Program-made: the position numbers and the translations under genes
Origin: a virus
Lineage: Duplodnaviria > Caudoviricetes
DNA: 55,071 nt
IMG/VR virus record: IMGVR_UViG_3300005613_003983
Span: 1 to 55,071 of that record
Direction: 5' to 3' (one strand)
The notes under the pieces: model-generated
What the model was told of the DNA's origin: nothing
The model's input: the letters and a program-made list of their open reading frames with translations, nothing else
Database searches by the model: none
Shown here: positions 18,613 through 27,531 of the stretch, in pieces
Position numbering within the stretch: the first letter of the stretch is position 1
Layout: each line of letters starts with the position of its first letter

Positions 18613-19785
18613 ATGAAAAAATCTGTTGTATCCCCTGATTATAAAAACCTTTTCAAAAGCAAAACTTTTGGTTTAGTTGACAGAGATAGAGAACTAAGAC
18701 AATTAATGTATGCTTTGCTTACTAAAGAGCATATGTTATTAATGGGAAAGCCTGGAACTGCTAAATCTCTTTTTGCCATTAATGCTTTTTCCTCAATAAA
18801 AGGGTCAGATATTTTTCAAATCCATTTAACTAAACAGACTACAGAAGAATATGTTTTTGGACCATTAAATATTGTAGAACTCAAAAAGGGAAATATTGTT
18901 CATAATATAAAAGGAAGTATCTTGACTGCAAACTTTGCTTTTTTAGATGAGTTTTTTGATGCTTCGGATGTCTTATTAAGGTCATTACTTGGAGTTTTGA
19001 ATGAAAGAATTTGGATGAAGGGTTCTCAAAGGGTAAAGGCTAAATTACATACTGCTATTTTGACTTCTAATTATCAAAGAGAAAGTAAAATTACTCAGGC
19101 TGTTCTAGATAGGATTATTTTTAAATGTGATGTTAATCCTTCTAGTCAGGCTAGAAGGAGATTACAAATATATAATAATTTTATTGACAGACCCGATTTT
19201 AAAGTTTCAGAGATAATGGATTTAGTAGAACTTGAAAAAATAAGTAAGGAAATAGAAAATCCTAATTCTATTAAATTTACAAAAGATGTTTTAGAAGCCT
19301 ATGATGAGTTCTTAATGGAATTTACTAAAGAAACAAATAAGTATATCTCGCCAAGAACAGCTAATAAAGCTTTAAGAGTTTTAAAGGTGTCTGCTTTTCT
19401 GGATAAAAGAGATAAAGTTAAGTATGCTGATATTGAGGAATTAAAATATGTTTTTTGTATATTGAACAAAAGAATAGAAGAAGAGGCGTTTGATGCTGTT
19501 TATGAAAGGTGTGTGGGAAAGAAAGAAGAAGAAAAGCTTGTGTTGGCTGATTTAGTAGATATTGATATAAAGGTAAAAAGAATCCCAACGAACTTTGATA
19601 ATTTAAGCGATGTGGAATTCATTGAAAAAATGAGAGAATTAGACGAGTATATACATTTACTTGAGAGCATGAATTCTGTTACTAAAAGTGTTGAGAATAG
19701 AAAAGAAACTCTTCTTCAGGATATAAGAAAAATAGTTGCCAATAATAGAGATAAATTATTTAAAAGAAAGGCAAATGGTCAGTAA
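18613..19785 (+). CDS. MoxR/RavA-like AAA+ ATPase
   Basis: Walker A GKPGTAKS, Walker B FAFLDE, EYVFGP, AVLDR; GAAAGGAG RBS before ATG 18613. Confidence 0.85.
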   Translation: MKKSVVSPDYKNLFKSKTFGLVDRDRELRQLMYALLTKEHMLLMGKPGTAKSLFAINAFSSIKGSDIFQIHLTKQTTEEYVFGPLNIVELKKGNIVHNIKGSILTANFAFLDEFFDASDVLLRSLLGVLNERIWMKGSQRVKAKLHTAILTSNYQRESKITQAVLDRIIFKCDVNPSSQARRRLQIYNNFIDRPDFKVSEIMDLVELEKISKEIENPNSIKFTKDVLEAYDEFLMEFTKETNKYISPRTANKALRVLKVSAFLDKRDKVKYADIEELKYVFCILNKRIEEEAFDAVYERCVGKKEEEKLVLADLVDIDIKVKRIPTNFDNLSDVEFIEKMRELDEYIHLLESMNSVTKSVENRKETLLQDIRKIVANNRDKLFKRKANGQ

Positions 19786-20174
19786 TGATAAATACTCATA
19801 ATTTGATTGTTGAATTTGGAAAACATAAAGGACAACGTTGGACCAGATTACCTATTAGCTATCTTAAATGGCTTATCAATGAGGGAACACAATACTCTAA
19901 TATTGCTAAGGCTGAATTAAAAAGGCGAGGCACTACATTAAATCAGGAAATAGAAATTAGTAACCATGCGATTGATAGAGCTTCGATTGCTTGTATAAAG
20001 CATTGGGAAAAAACAAGAAAGAAAAATGAAGGAATATATTCTTGGTTAATAAGAATGTCAAAAGCGGCTATTAAACAAGATGGTAAAAAAGAAAAGATTA
20101 CTTACAAAGGAATTATATTTATTTTTTGTTATGGAGAATTGTATCCAACTTTAAAAACAATTATGGTGAAATGA
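19785..20174 (+). CDS. DUF3820-like protein
   Basis: FGKHKG.....LP.SYLKWL motif. Confidence 0.55.
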   Translation: MINTHNLIVEFGKHKGQRWTRLPISYLKWLINEGTQYSNIAKAELKRRGTTLNQEIEISNHAIDRASIACIKHWEKTRKKNEGIYSWLIRMSKAAIKQDGKKEKITYKGIIFIFCYGELYPTLKTIMVK

Positions 20175-21601
20175 GAGTTACTAAAACAAAATTAACAATA
20201 GAAGAACAAAAAGCTATTACAAAGTTGGTTGATAATCTAGTTTCTGTTAATGATTTTACTATTGCTATTGATTTTGCTGAAGATGCTTATGCTTTGTTTG
20301 ATGAAGAATTTAGTAAAAGAAAGATATTTAAGGGGTTTTGGGAGTTGTTTAATGATGTAAGAGGGCTTTATGTTAAATATAGGGTTGGTAATTTATTAAA
20401 AAATGTAGAATTTTATAATGGGATAAAAAGGTTTTTATATTATTTCATGTATTCAAAACTCTTTGTTGAACTTGATAAATTAGACCCAATAGAAGCATTA
20501 GAGAAGTTTTTAAAGATGTTTAAACCCCAACCAAAGCCTATACCTGTCCAGCCACAAAAAACTAGGCAGACAAGGGCTAAGCAGGAGAAACAAGAGAAAA
20601 AGAAGGGTGATGGCAAAAAAGATAAAAAGAGTTTAAGTAAGAAAAAACAGCAAAAAAAGAAGAATGGTAGTAAAAAAAGTAAAGATAAAAAAGGTTTAAG
20701 TGCGGATAAAGGAAGTCTGCCTATAGATATGACAAAGTTTAAGCAAAAAATACCACAAATAGATAAAATGATTAGTGGTGGCATTTTTGACAAAGAGGAT
20801 TTTCAAAAGTATGTAGGTGATAATGCGGGCATAGCGGTTAATCAAATTCAGCTTAAAAATATTGTTGATGTAATTGATAGAATCTCCACTAATCTTTCTA
20901 AAAAAGACCTTGATATATTCTTTGTTGCCCGTAGGAAAGAAGAAACGGAAAGATATAGGAGAGATGAAATTTTAAAAAGCAATCTTATTCCTAATAATGA
21001 AATGACTATTAAGAATATTAGTAATTATCAGGAAATGCTAAAAGTATTACCTACCCAATATATTTATAATGACGAGCTTTTTACTCAAAAGTTGGTAAGA
21101 AAAGAATTATTAGTAAAAGATTATCAATCAAGAAGATTAAAAAAACAAGCCCTTTATCTTTTAATTGATGTGTCTGGAAGTATGGATAAGAATAATAGAA
21201 ATGTTTATGCTTCTGGAGTAGGTATTTCTCTGGTTAGACAAGCAATTTTAGAAGGTTCTGTTTATTTTTTAAGATTTTTTGATGGAATGCCTAAAGATTT
21301 ACATAGAATTACCACTCAAGAAGAAGCTAATAAAATGGTGAGTATGTTATTAAAACAGCCTTACACAGGAGGAGGAACGAATATTTCAAGAGCTATAGAG
21401 CGGGCTGTTAAAGATATAAAGGAAGACCCAAAACAATTTGAAAAAGCTGAAATAATGGTTATAACAGATGGTTGTGATGGTGTAAGATTAAGTAAAAAAG
21501 ACCTAGAAAATATTAAATTACATTCGACAATAATTGAAGGAAAAAACAGCGGTTTAAAAGCCATTTCTGATACTTATAGAGAATTAAAAGTAAAGATTTA
21601 G
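20171..21601 (+). CDS. VWA-domain protein (ViaA-like partner of MoxR)
   Basis: MIDAS DVSGSM, GGTNI, ITDG. Confidence 0.85.
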   Translation: MRVTKTKLTIEEQKAITKLVDNLVSVNDFTIAIDFAEDAYALFDEEFSKRKIFKGFWELFNDVRGLYVKYRVGNLLKNVEFYNGIKRFLYYFMYSKLFVELDKLDPIEALEKFLKMFKPQPKPIPVQPQKTRQTRAKQEKQEKKKGDGKKDKKSLSKKKQQKKKNGSKKSKDKKGLSADKGSLPIDMTKFKQKIPQIDKMISGGIFDKEDFQKYVGDNAGIAVNQIQLKNIVDVIDRISTNLSKKDLDIFFVARRKEETERYRRDEILKSNLIPNNEMTIKNISNYQEMLKVLPTQYIYNDELFTQKLVRKELLVKDYQSRRLKKQALYLLIDVSGSMDKNNRNVYASGVGISLVRQAILEGSVYFLRFFDGMPKDLHRITTQEEANKMVSMLLKQPYTGGGTNISRAIERAVKDIKEDPKQFEKAEIMVITDGCDGVRLSKKDLENIKLHSTIIEGKNSGLKAISDTYRELKVKI

Positions 21602-21602
21602 C

Positions 21603-21631
21603 TTGATTTTTGAGTAAGAATAGTTTATAAT
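21603..21631 (+). promoter_or_regulatory. Sigma70-type promoter (conserved-spacer class)
   Basis: TTGATT-17-TATAAT. Confidence 0.7.
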
Positions 21632-21633
21632 TA

Positions 21634-22477
21634 ATGTATAGAAAAATTATGAAATATATAAAAGAAGATTTAGATTTTATCTTCATTAGAACAAAAAATT
21701 CCTCTGGTAAATGGGATAATTTATCCCTTAATCAAGTCACTGATAAACAATTCGTTGATTGGGCTAAAAATAGGTTTAACATAGAAATTAAAGACGATGT
21801 TTCTGTTAGAGAAAATCCTTGGACTCCTGAACAAAAAATTCACTTTTTAAATTCCATGAGTAAGCGTATGGGTGGTAAAGATTGCGTTGTTATGGTTAAA
21901 AGAAGTGTAAGAAAAAAATGGAAATAAATAAATTTGTATTAATAAGAATAAAAGGTGGAGCTGTAGTAAAAATACCAAGAAACTTTACTTATGCTGAATG
22001 TAAATGTGGAGCTAAAGATATTGTCTGGGTAAAAACTCTGAATGATAAAGATATGCCGATTAGATGGTCAGACAAAGATAAAAATTGGATATCGCACTTT
22101 TCTGACTGTCCACTTGCTTCACAATTTAGAAAGAAGAAAAAAGAAATATAGATTAAAAACTAAATAATGTGAAATCATTTATAGATTTATCTGAATTAAA
22201 AGTCTATAGAGACAATATAGACGGTGAAGATGATGGAATTGGAAGATTATTCGCAGCGATTTATAGGTTGGCTGTAACAGATGAGATTAATGCCAACTTA
22301 TATGGAACAAATAACAAGAATGTTGTTAGGTGGGTTGAGAGTAGATATTTTGCTGTTTATTTAAAAATGCTTGGAATAGAATTTTCTAATAGATTTAGAG
22401 AGGCTTTCTGGAAAACTTGTGAAAATAGATTTAAGAAAACAGTTAATAGATTAACAGGAAAAAAATTATATAAATAG
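21634..22477 (+). other. Three hypothetical genes (21634, 21918 zinc-binding, 22169)
   Basis: Packed ORFs; 21918 has CKCG...HFSDC. Confidence 0.6.
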
Positions 22478-22616
22478 TTTTTTAAACAGGTAGAATGGTA
22501 AAAACGATTCTATTCTTGGGTAGAGCGAATGGTCGTTCTACCTGCTTAGAAAATTATTTATTTCATGTTGGAATGGTAGCCCTAATACAAAACCTGTATT
22601 GTGACCGTTTCAGCAT
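22471..22616 (+). ncRNA. Candidate structured RNA: two adjacent long hairpins
   Basis: 22471-22498 pairs with 22533-22560 (27/28, including 4 G-U); 22565-22577 pairs with 22604-22616 (13/13 with G-U), enclosing an inner hairpin. Confidence 0.6.
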
Positions 22617-22642
22617 TAAGTAAAGAATTAAAAAAGGAAAAT

Positions 22643-22861
22643 ATGTCAGCAGATAACTATATATACATAGATAAAAAAACATTTGAGGTTTGGTCTTGTG
22701 TGGCTTCTGAATTAGAAGGAACAGAAGAAATAGGACTAGAGAACCAAAAAAGTAGTTTAATTGGTAAAGGAAAGAATTTAGAGGAAGCTATTAAAATTGC
22801 TGAACAAGTTAATAATTATCTAGTAGAGTATGGAATTCACTTTAAATTATGGTGTAAGTAG
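22643..22861 (+). CDS. Hypothetical protein
   Basis: AAGGA RBS then ATG 22643 (MSADNYIYI...). Confidence 0.6.
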   Translation: MSADNYIYIDKKTFEVWSCVASELEGTEEIGLENQKSSLIGKGKNLEEAIKIAEQVNNYLVEYGIHFKLWCK

Positions 22862-22879
22862 AAAGGGGGTGAAATAAAT

Positions 22880-23386
22880 ATGGATGAAATGTCAGAATTT
22901 ATAAAAGAATTGATGGAAAAAAATGAAGTAGAGCCTATTAAAATAAAACAGGGAATAATTGCTTATCGTAAATATCTTTGGGCTTTGAAACACATAGAAG
23001 ATAAAGTAATTAAGTTAAAACAGTACAGACAACAAGTTATTGATGATATTAATGTAGGAATTGAGAAACAAGAGGCTAATATTAATAGGATTAAAAAAGA
23101 GATTCAAGACGCCATGATTCAAGACCCAATAGTAGATAGTACTAAAACTGGAGGAAGAACTTTATCTTTGCCTGATATTGCCACTGTGTCTTTAAGCAAA
23201 ATTAGAGAGAATGTTGTAATAAATGATGAAGAAGCCTTGTTAAAGAAGTTAGGACAAGAGTTTGCTAAGATAAAGGTATCTTTGGATAGAACAAAAGCGA
23301 AAAGGCATATTTTAGAAACTGGTAAAATACCAGAGAATGTTGAAATAAAGAAAGGTCGTACTTTGTCAATTAGATTTAAAAAATAA
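22880..23386 (+). CDS. Gam-like / Gp157-like coiled-coil protein
   Basis: Long coiled coil, then RTLSLP..ATVS..K and K.SLD...AK; GAAAGGGGGTGA RBS. Confidence 0.6.
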   Translation: MDEMSEFIKELMEKNEVEPIKIKQGIIAYRKYLWALKHIEDKVIKLKQYRQQVIDDINVGIEKQEANINRIKKEIQDAMIQDPIVDSTKTGGRTLSLPDIATVSLSKIRENVVINDEEALLKKLGQEFAKIKVSLDRTKAKRHILETGKIPENVEIKKGRTLSIRFKK

Positions 23387-23387
23387 T

Positions 23388-23449
23388 CTAATTGTGTTCC
23401 GAACCTTCTTTTAAGGTCACCCCCTTTCCAGAATTCGGAACACAATTAG
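23388..23449 (+). ncRNA. Perfect 16-bp hairpin presenting an anti-Shine-Dalgarno loop
   Basis: CTAATTGTGTTCCGAA / TTCGGAACACAATTAG; loop contains GTCACCCCCTTTC. Confidence 0.6.
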
Positions 23450-23534
23450 TATGAGTAATTAGGGTTGAGAGGTAGATTACTCATATGAGGAAAGATTGTC
23501 TTGGCAGAGATTTTTCATTCATCCCTCTCAACCC
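23450..23534 (+). ncRNA. Candidate pseudoknot or switch in the operon leader
   Basis: 23450-23459 pairs with 23476-23485; loop 23462-23472 pairs with 23524-23534. Confidence 0.55.
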
Positions 23535-23541
23535 AAATAAT

Positions 23542-23766
23542 ATGAAAGTAAAAGTAGAAGAAAAATTATTAAAGATAATAAGCTCATTTGTTGGACAAGA
23601 GCTTAAATATGGAGAACTGAAAGATATTAAGGTTAATAATAGAAGTGTTTTAGTTTTAGAACTAACCTTTTCAGATGAGGGGTTTTTTAGAACTATGGTT
23701 TTAGCATTAGATAAGAATTTAACAGTTTCTTTATATTCTCCGATAGCAGAAGAATTAATAAAATGA
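23542..23766 (+). CDS. Hypothetical protein upstream of rtcB
   Basis: MKVKVEEKLL...; ATG 23542 preferred because 23485 lies inside the RNA structure; ATGA overlap with rtcB. Confidence 0.55.
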   Translation: MKVKVEEKLLKIISSFVGQELKYGELKDIKVNNRSVLVLELTFSDEGFFRTMVLALDKNLTVSLYSPIAEELIK

Positions 23767-25010
23767 AAGTAACTAGTTCAGAAAAACTACCAGTCAAATT
23801 GTGGATGGAAAACTTTACTGATATGGAATCAGGGGCTTGGAATCAAGTTAAAAACCTTGCTAATTTTCCATTTGCTTTCAGACATATAGCTATAATGCCT
23901 GATGCTCATCAAGGTTATGGTATGCCTATTGGTGGAGTTATGGCTACTAAAAATGTAATTGTTCCAAATGCTGTTGGTGTTGATATTGGTTGTGGAATGT
24001 GTGTGGTTAAAACTTCTTTAAAAAAGATTGATGTTGATATTCTTAAAAAGATTATGGGAGAAATTAGAAAAGTAATTCCGCTTGGATTTAATAAACACAA
24101 AGAAAAACAAGATGAAAAGTTAATGCCTCAGGGTGTGGGGCAGTTGGCTAGCTCGCCCGAGTTGGATTCGGGAGGTCGTAGGTTCGAGTCCTACCACCCT
24201 GACCAACAATTTTCGATTATTAAACAAGAATATGAAAATGCTTTAATGTCCCTTGGTACTCTTGGTGGTGGCAATCACTTCATTGAAATTCAAAAAGGTT
24301 CAGATGGTTATATTTGGATTATGATTCATTCAGGAAGCAGAAATTTAGGTTTTAAAGTGGCTAATCATTATAATAAACTAGCGGTTGAACTAAATGAAAA
24401 GTGGGGTTCAGCTGTTCCTAAATCTTGGGAGTTAGCTTTTTTACCAGTAGATAGTAAAGAAGGTCAAGCATATATCAAAGAAATGCGATATTGTATTGAT
24501 TTTGCTTTAGCCAATAGAAAGCTCATGATGGATAGGATTTGTAAAATTGTTGAATCTGCATGTATACCAGATTATCCAGAATCAGCAAACATTGTTTTCG
24601 ACAAAATGATTAATATTGCCCACAACTATGCAGCACTGGAAAACCACTTTGGTCAAAATGTATGGGTTCATAGAAAAGGAGCAACTAAAGCTACAAAAGG
24701 ATTAACAGGTATTATTCCAGGCTCTCAAGGAACTAATAGTTATATTGTAGAAGGATTGGGAAATAGAGAATCTTTTATGTCTTGTTCTCATGGTGCGGGT
24801 AGAAAAATGGGAAGAAAACAAGCTAGAGAAAATTTAGATTTAAAAGAGGAGTTAAAAAAGATGGAAGGTATTGTTCATGGAATTAGAAGTGTTAAAGATT
24901 TAGATGAAGCTCCTGGAAGTTATAAAGAAATAGACAAAGTAATGAGTAATCAATCTGACCTTGTAAAAATATTAGTAGAGCTTACTCCTCTAGCAAATAT
25001 GAAAGGATAA
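23763..25010 (+). CDS. rtcB: RtcB 3'-phosphate/5'-OH RNA ligase
   Basis: [65 protein letters not shown] motifs. Confidence 0.97.
   Translation: MKVTSSEKLPVKLWMENFTDMESGAWNQVKNLANFPFAFRHIAIMPDAHQGYGMPIGGVMATKNVIVPNAVGVDIGCGMCVVKTSLKKIDVDILKKIMGEIRKVIPLGFNKHKEKQDEKLMPQGVGQLASSPELDSGGRRFESYHPDQQFSIIKQEYENALMSLGTLGGGNHFIEIQKGSDGYIWIMIHSGSRNLGFKVANHYNKLAVELNEKWGSAVPKSWELAFLPVDSKEGQAYIKEMRYCIDFALANRKLMMDRICKIVESACIPDYPESANIVFDKMINIAHNYAALENHFGQNVWVHRKGATKATKGLTGIIPGSQGTNSYIVEGLGNRESFMSCSHGAGRKMGRKQARENLDLKEELKKMEGIVHGIRSVKDLDEAPGSYKEIDKVMSNQSDLVKILVELTPLANMKG
24129..24205 (+). tRNA. tRNA-Pro(TGG) with encoded CCA, nested in frame within rtcB
   Basis: Acceptor CAGGGTG/CACCCTG, D stem GGGC/GCTC, anticodon stem CCCGA/TCGGG with loop GTTGGAT, variable AGGTC, T arm GTAGG-TTCGAGT-CCTAC, then A-CCA; 77 nt, 48/77 G+C. 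Confidence 0.93.
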
Positions 25011-25014
25011 TATT

Positions 25015-25383
25015 ATGGAACTTAAAGAACTTATTGGAAAAACATTGACAAAAATTGAAAATAAGGACAATGAAGAACTTATTTTTGAATGTAATGATGG
25101 AACTAAATATAAAATGTTTCACTATCAAGATTGTTGTGAATCAGTAACAATAGAAGATATTTGTGGCAATTTAGATGATTTGATTGGAAATCCGATTCTT
25201 AGAGCAACTGAAGACACTAATTCAAAATCCAATTCAGAAGGAATAAAAAAAGAATATCAAGACTCTTTTACTTGGACTTTTTATAATATTTCAACAGTCA
25301 AAGGAACTGTAACTATTAGATGGTATGGTGAATCTAATGGTTATTACTCTGAATCAGTTGATTTTGAAAAAATAAAAGAATGA
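25015..25383 (+). CDS. Conserved phage hypothetical protein
   Basis: H.QDCCESV...WTFY...[14 protein letters not shown]. Confidence 0.7.
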   Translation: MELKELIGKTLTKIENKDNEELIFECNDGTKYKMFHYQDCCESVTIEDICGNLDDLIGNPILRATEDTNSKSNSEGIKKEYQDSFTWTFYNISTVKGTVTIRWYGESNGYYSESVDFEKIKE

Positions 25384-25892
25384 AAATAACATTACAATAT
25401 ATTGCTGGATTTTTTGATGGCGAAGGATGTATAGGAATTTATTCTAAAGCATATAGAAAAGGAACATTTCATCTAAGTACACAATTAACTCAAAATAAAA
25501 CTAAAGAGAGTAAATTATTAATGAATTTTTTAGCAAAAAAGTTTGGTGGTAATATATCAGAACAAATTACACTATCTAAAGATATTAAATATAATTGGCA
25601 ACTTGGATCTGATAATGCAGTTAACTTTCTTGAGGCGATATTGCCATATTTAATTCTTAAAAAAAGTCAAGCTATAATCGCTATAAATTGGCAAAAAGAT
25701 AGGCCAAAAAGAATAAGAGATAAAAAAGGAAGATTTTATGTTAAAAGAAAAAGAAACATAGAATTTGATAAAAAAGTTTCTAAATTAGTTAAGTTGTTAA
25801 AAAAGAAAGATATTGATTGGGTAATGGAACAACAAAAAGATTTAGTTAAAATTTTGGTTGAATTAACACCATTGGCAGTTATAAAAGCATAA
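25380..25892 (+). CDS. LAGLIDADG homing endonuclease ending in a duplicate RtcB C-terminus
   Basis: [21 protein letters not shown]; last 28 aa [28 protein letters not shown]. Confidence 0.9.
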   Translation: MKITLQYIAGFFDGEGCIGIYSKAYRKGTFHLSTQLTQNKTKESKLLMNFLAKKFGGNISEQITLSKDIKYNWQLGSDNAVNFLEAILPYLILKKSQAIIAINWQKDRPKRIRDKKGRFYVKRKRNIEFDKKVSKLVKLLKKKDIDWVMEQQKDLVKILVELTPLAVIKA

Positions 25893-25997
25893 TGGCAGGA
25901 AAAACAAAAAAGAAAAAAAACCTAGCTAAAAGAAGAAGAAAAAGATTAAAGAAAAAGTTAAAAAGATTAGAACAAGGCAAAGAGTTTTAGGGAGGAG

Positions 25998-27481
25998 GTG
26001 AAAAAAGTGGCAGTTATTGATTTAAAAGGTAATGCAAACATTAATTCAGAGAGTAAGGTTGTTTTTAAAAGAGATTTAAAAGATAATGCTTGGTTTCTTT
26101 TAAAAAATAAAAAAGTTCTTCTTTTTGATAAAAAAAACAAAACAACTCGTGAACTTGACACTGTTAGAGGAATATCTTTTATCAAATTCTATATTAGCTC
26201 TTTAAATAAAATGAGAATAGAGGATGGTAAAAAATATAGAAAGAGAATTACAATATTAAAAGAAAAAATAAGAGAGTTAAAGAATAAAAATAGAGAATTA
26301 AGAAAAAGAAAAAGAATTAAAGCGCAGGCGAAGTTAATAAAATGAATTATTATCTAAGAAGGTTTGTCCATATAATAGTTAAATTTATTAATTTATTGAG
26401 TGGACGTAGATTGTGGAAGCAAAAAAATGTTCCAGAAGTATATAAATGAAATTTATTTTATTTTTATCAATTCTTCTAATAGTAATGATAGCGATTGATA
26501 GACAAAATCCTACATGAAAGAAAAAGTGTCTGTTTTTAAAATTAGAATAGATAGCGTGAAAGAACATGCTATTGGATTTGAGCTTTTTGCTGGAGAAAAA
26601 GTAAAAGATACTTATATTAATGTTCTTGCTATGGGTGGTTATGGGGTAAAAAATAGGTTGATATTAACTCCTAAACAATTTACTGATATTGCTCACCGAT
26701 TAATTGCTTATGTTTGGACAAAAATTCCTATTAATGATGAGGTATTAAAAATGCTTTGGGATTTAAGATTAAATATTTTTGATCATGAAAGTCCTAAACT
26801 TTCTAAGTCTATTTTTCAAACGAGAAGAAATGATTTAATTAAATTAGATTTGATTGGAAGAAAAAAATGAATGACCAGATAAAAGATAATCGAGAGGCTA
26901 TTATGTTTAACCCAACCTCTGTAAAAAATGCTAAAAGTTGGGAAGATTTTATTAGTCTTTGGACAATCTCTAAAGAGCTTGAAATTAAAAATCAATGGTT
27001 TAGGGGTGATATTGCTTGTAGATTAGAAATCACTTATGGAAATAGTGGTTTAAAGAAATTTGCTAGAGAAGTAGGAGAATCCATTGGTTCAATAGAACAT
27101 TATCGAAGGGTGGCAAGAGCTTTCCCTATAGGAAAAAGGAATTGGAATCTTACTTGGACTCATTATTTACATGCTTCTTTAACAGATTCTTATAAGAAAA
27201 AGGGTAATAAGTTTTTTGGAACTGAAAGGTTTAAGTGGATTGAAAAGGCACATGATAAAGGTTGGTCAACTGTAAGATTACAAGAAGAAATTAAAAAGAA
27301 AAAGGCTTTTAAACAGGATGGAAAAGATGTATTTAGTTATTATGAAGAATATTTAGGGAGGGTTAAGGGAGTTTTAATGCACATAGAAAAAGATAGACTA
27401 CAAGAGGTTGAGAAAAATAAGTTAATTCATAAGTTATTAGATATTTATAATGGATTTATGGTTTATTTAAAAAGTGCTTGA
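25998..27481 (+). other. Hypothetical genes (25998, 26514, 26867)
   Basis: Packed ORFs; 26867 has an HTH-like segment and LTWTHY...W.EKA...WS..RL. Confidence 0.6.
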
Positions 27482-27506
27482 TTTTAGCTTTAAAATAGTG
27501 TATAAT
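27478..27506 (+). promoter_or_regulatory. Sigma70-type promoter (conserved-spacer class)
   Basis: TTGATT-17-TATAAT. Confidence 0.75.
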
Positions 27507-27531
27507 TGATTATAGAAAATAAAGGAAAATT

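Noticed and set aside
24129-24205. Embedded tRNA as an attachment site or chance fold
   Set aside because: It is a full-length tRNA with all arms paired rather than a 3' fragment, no integrase is in the window, and rtcB continues in frame on both sides.
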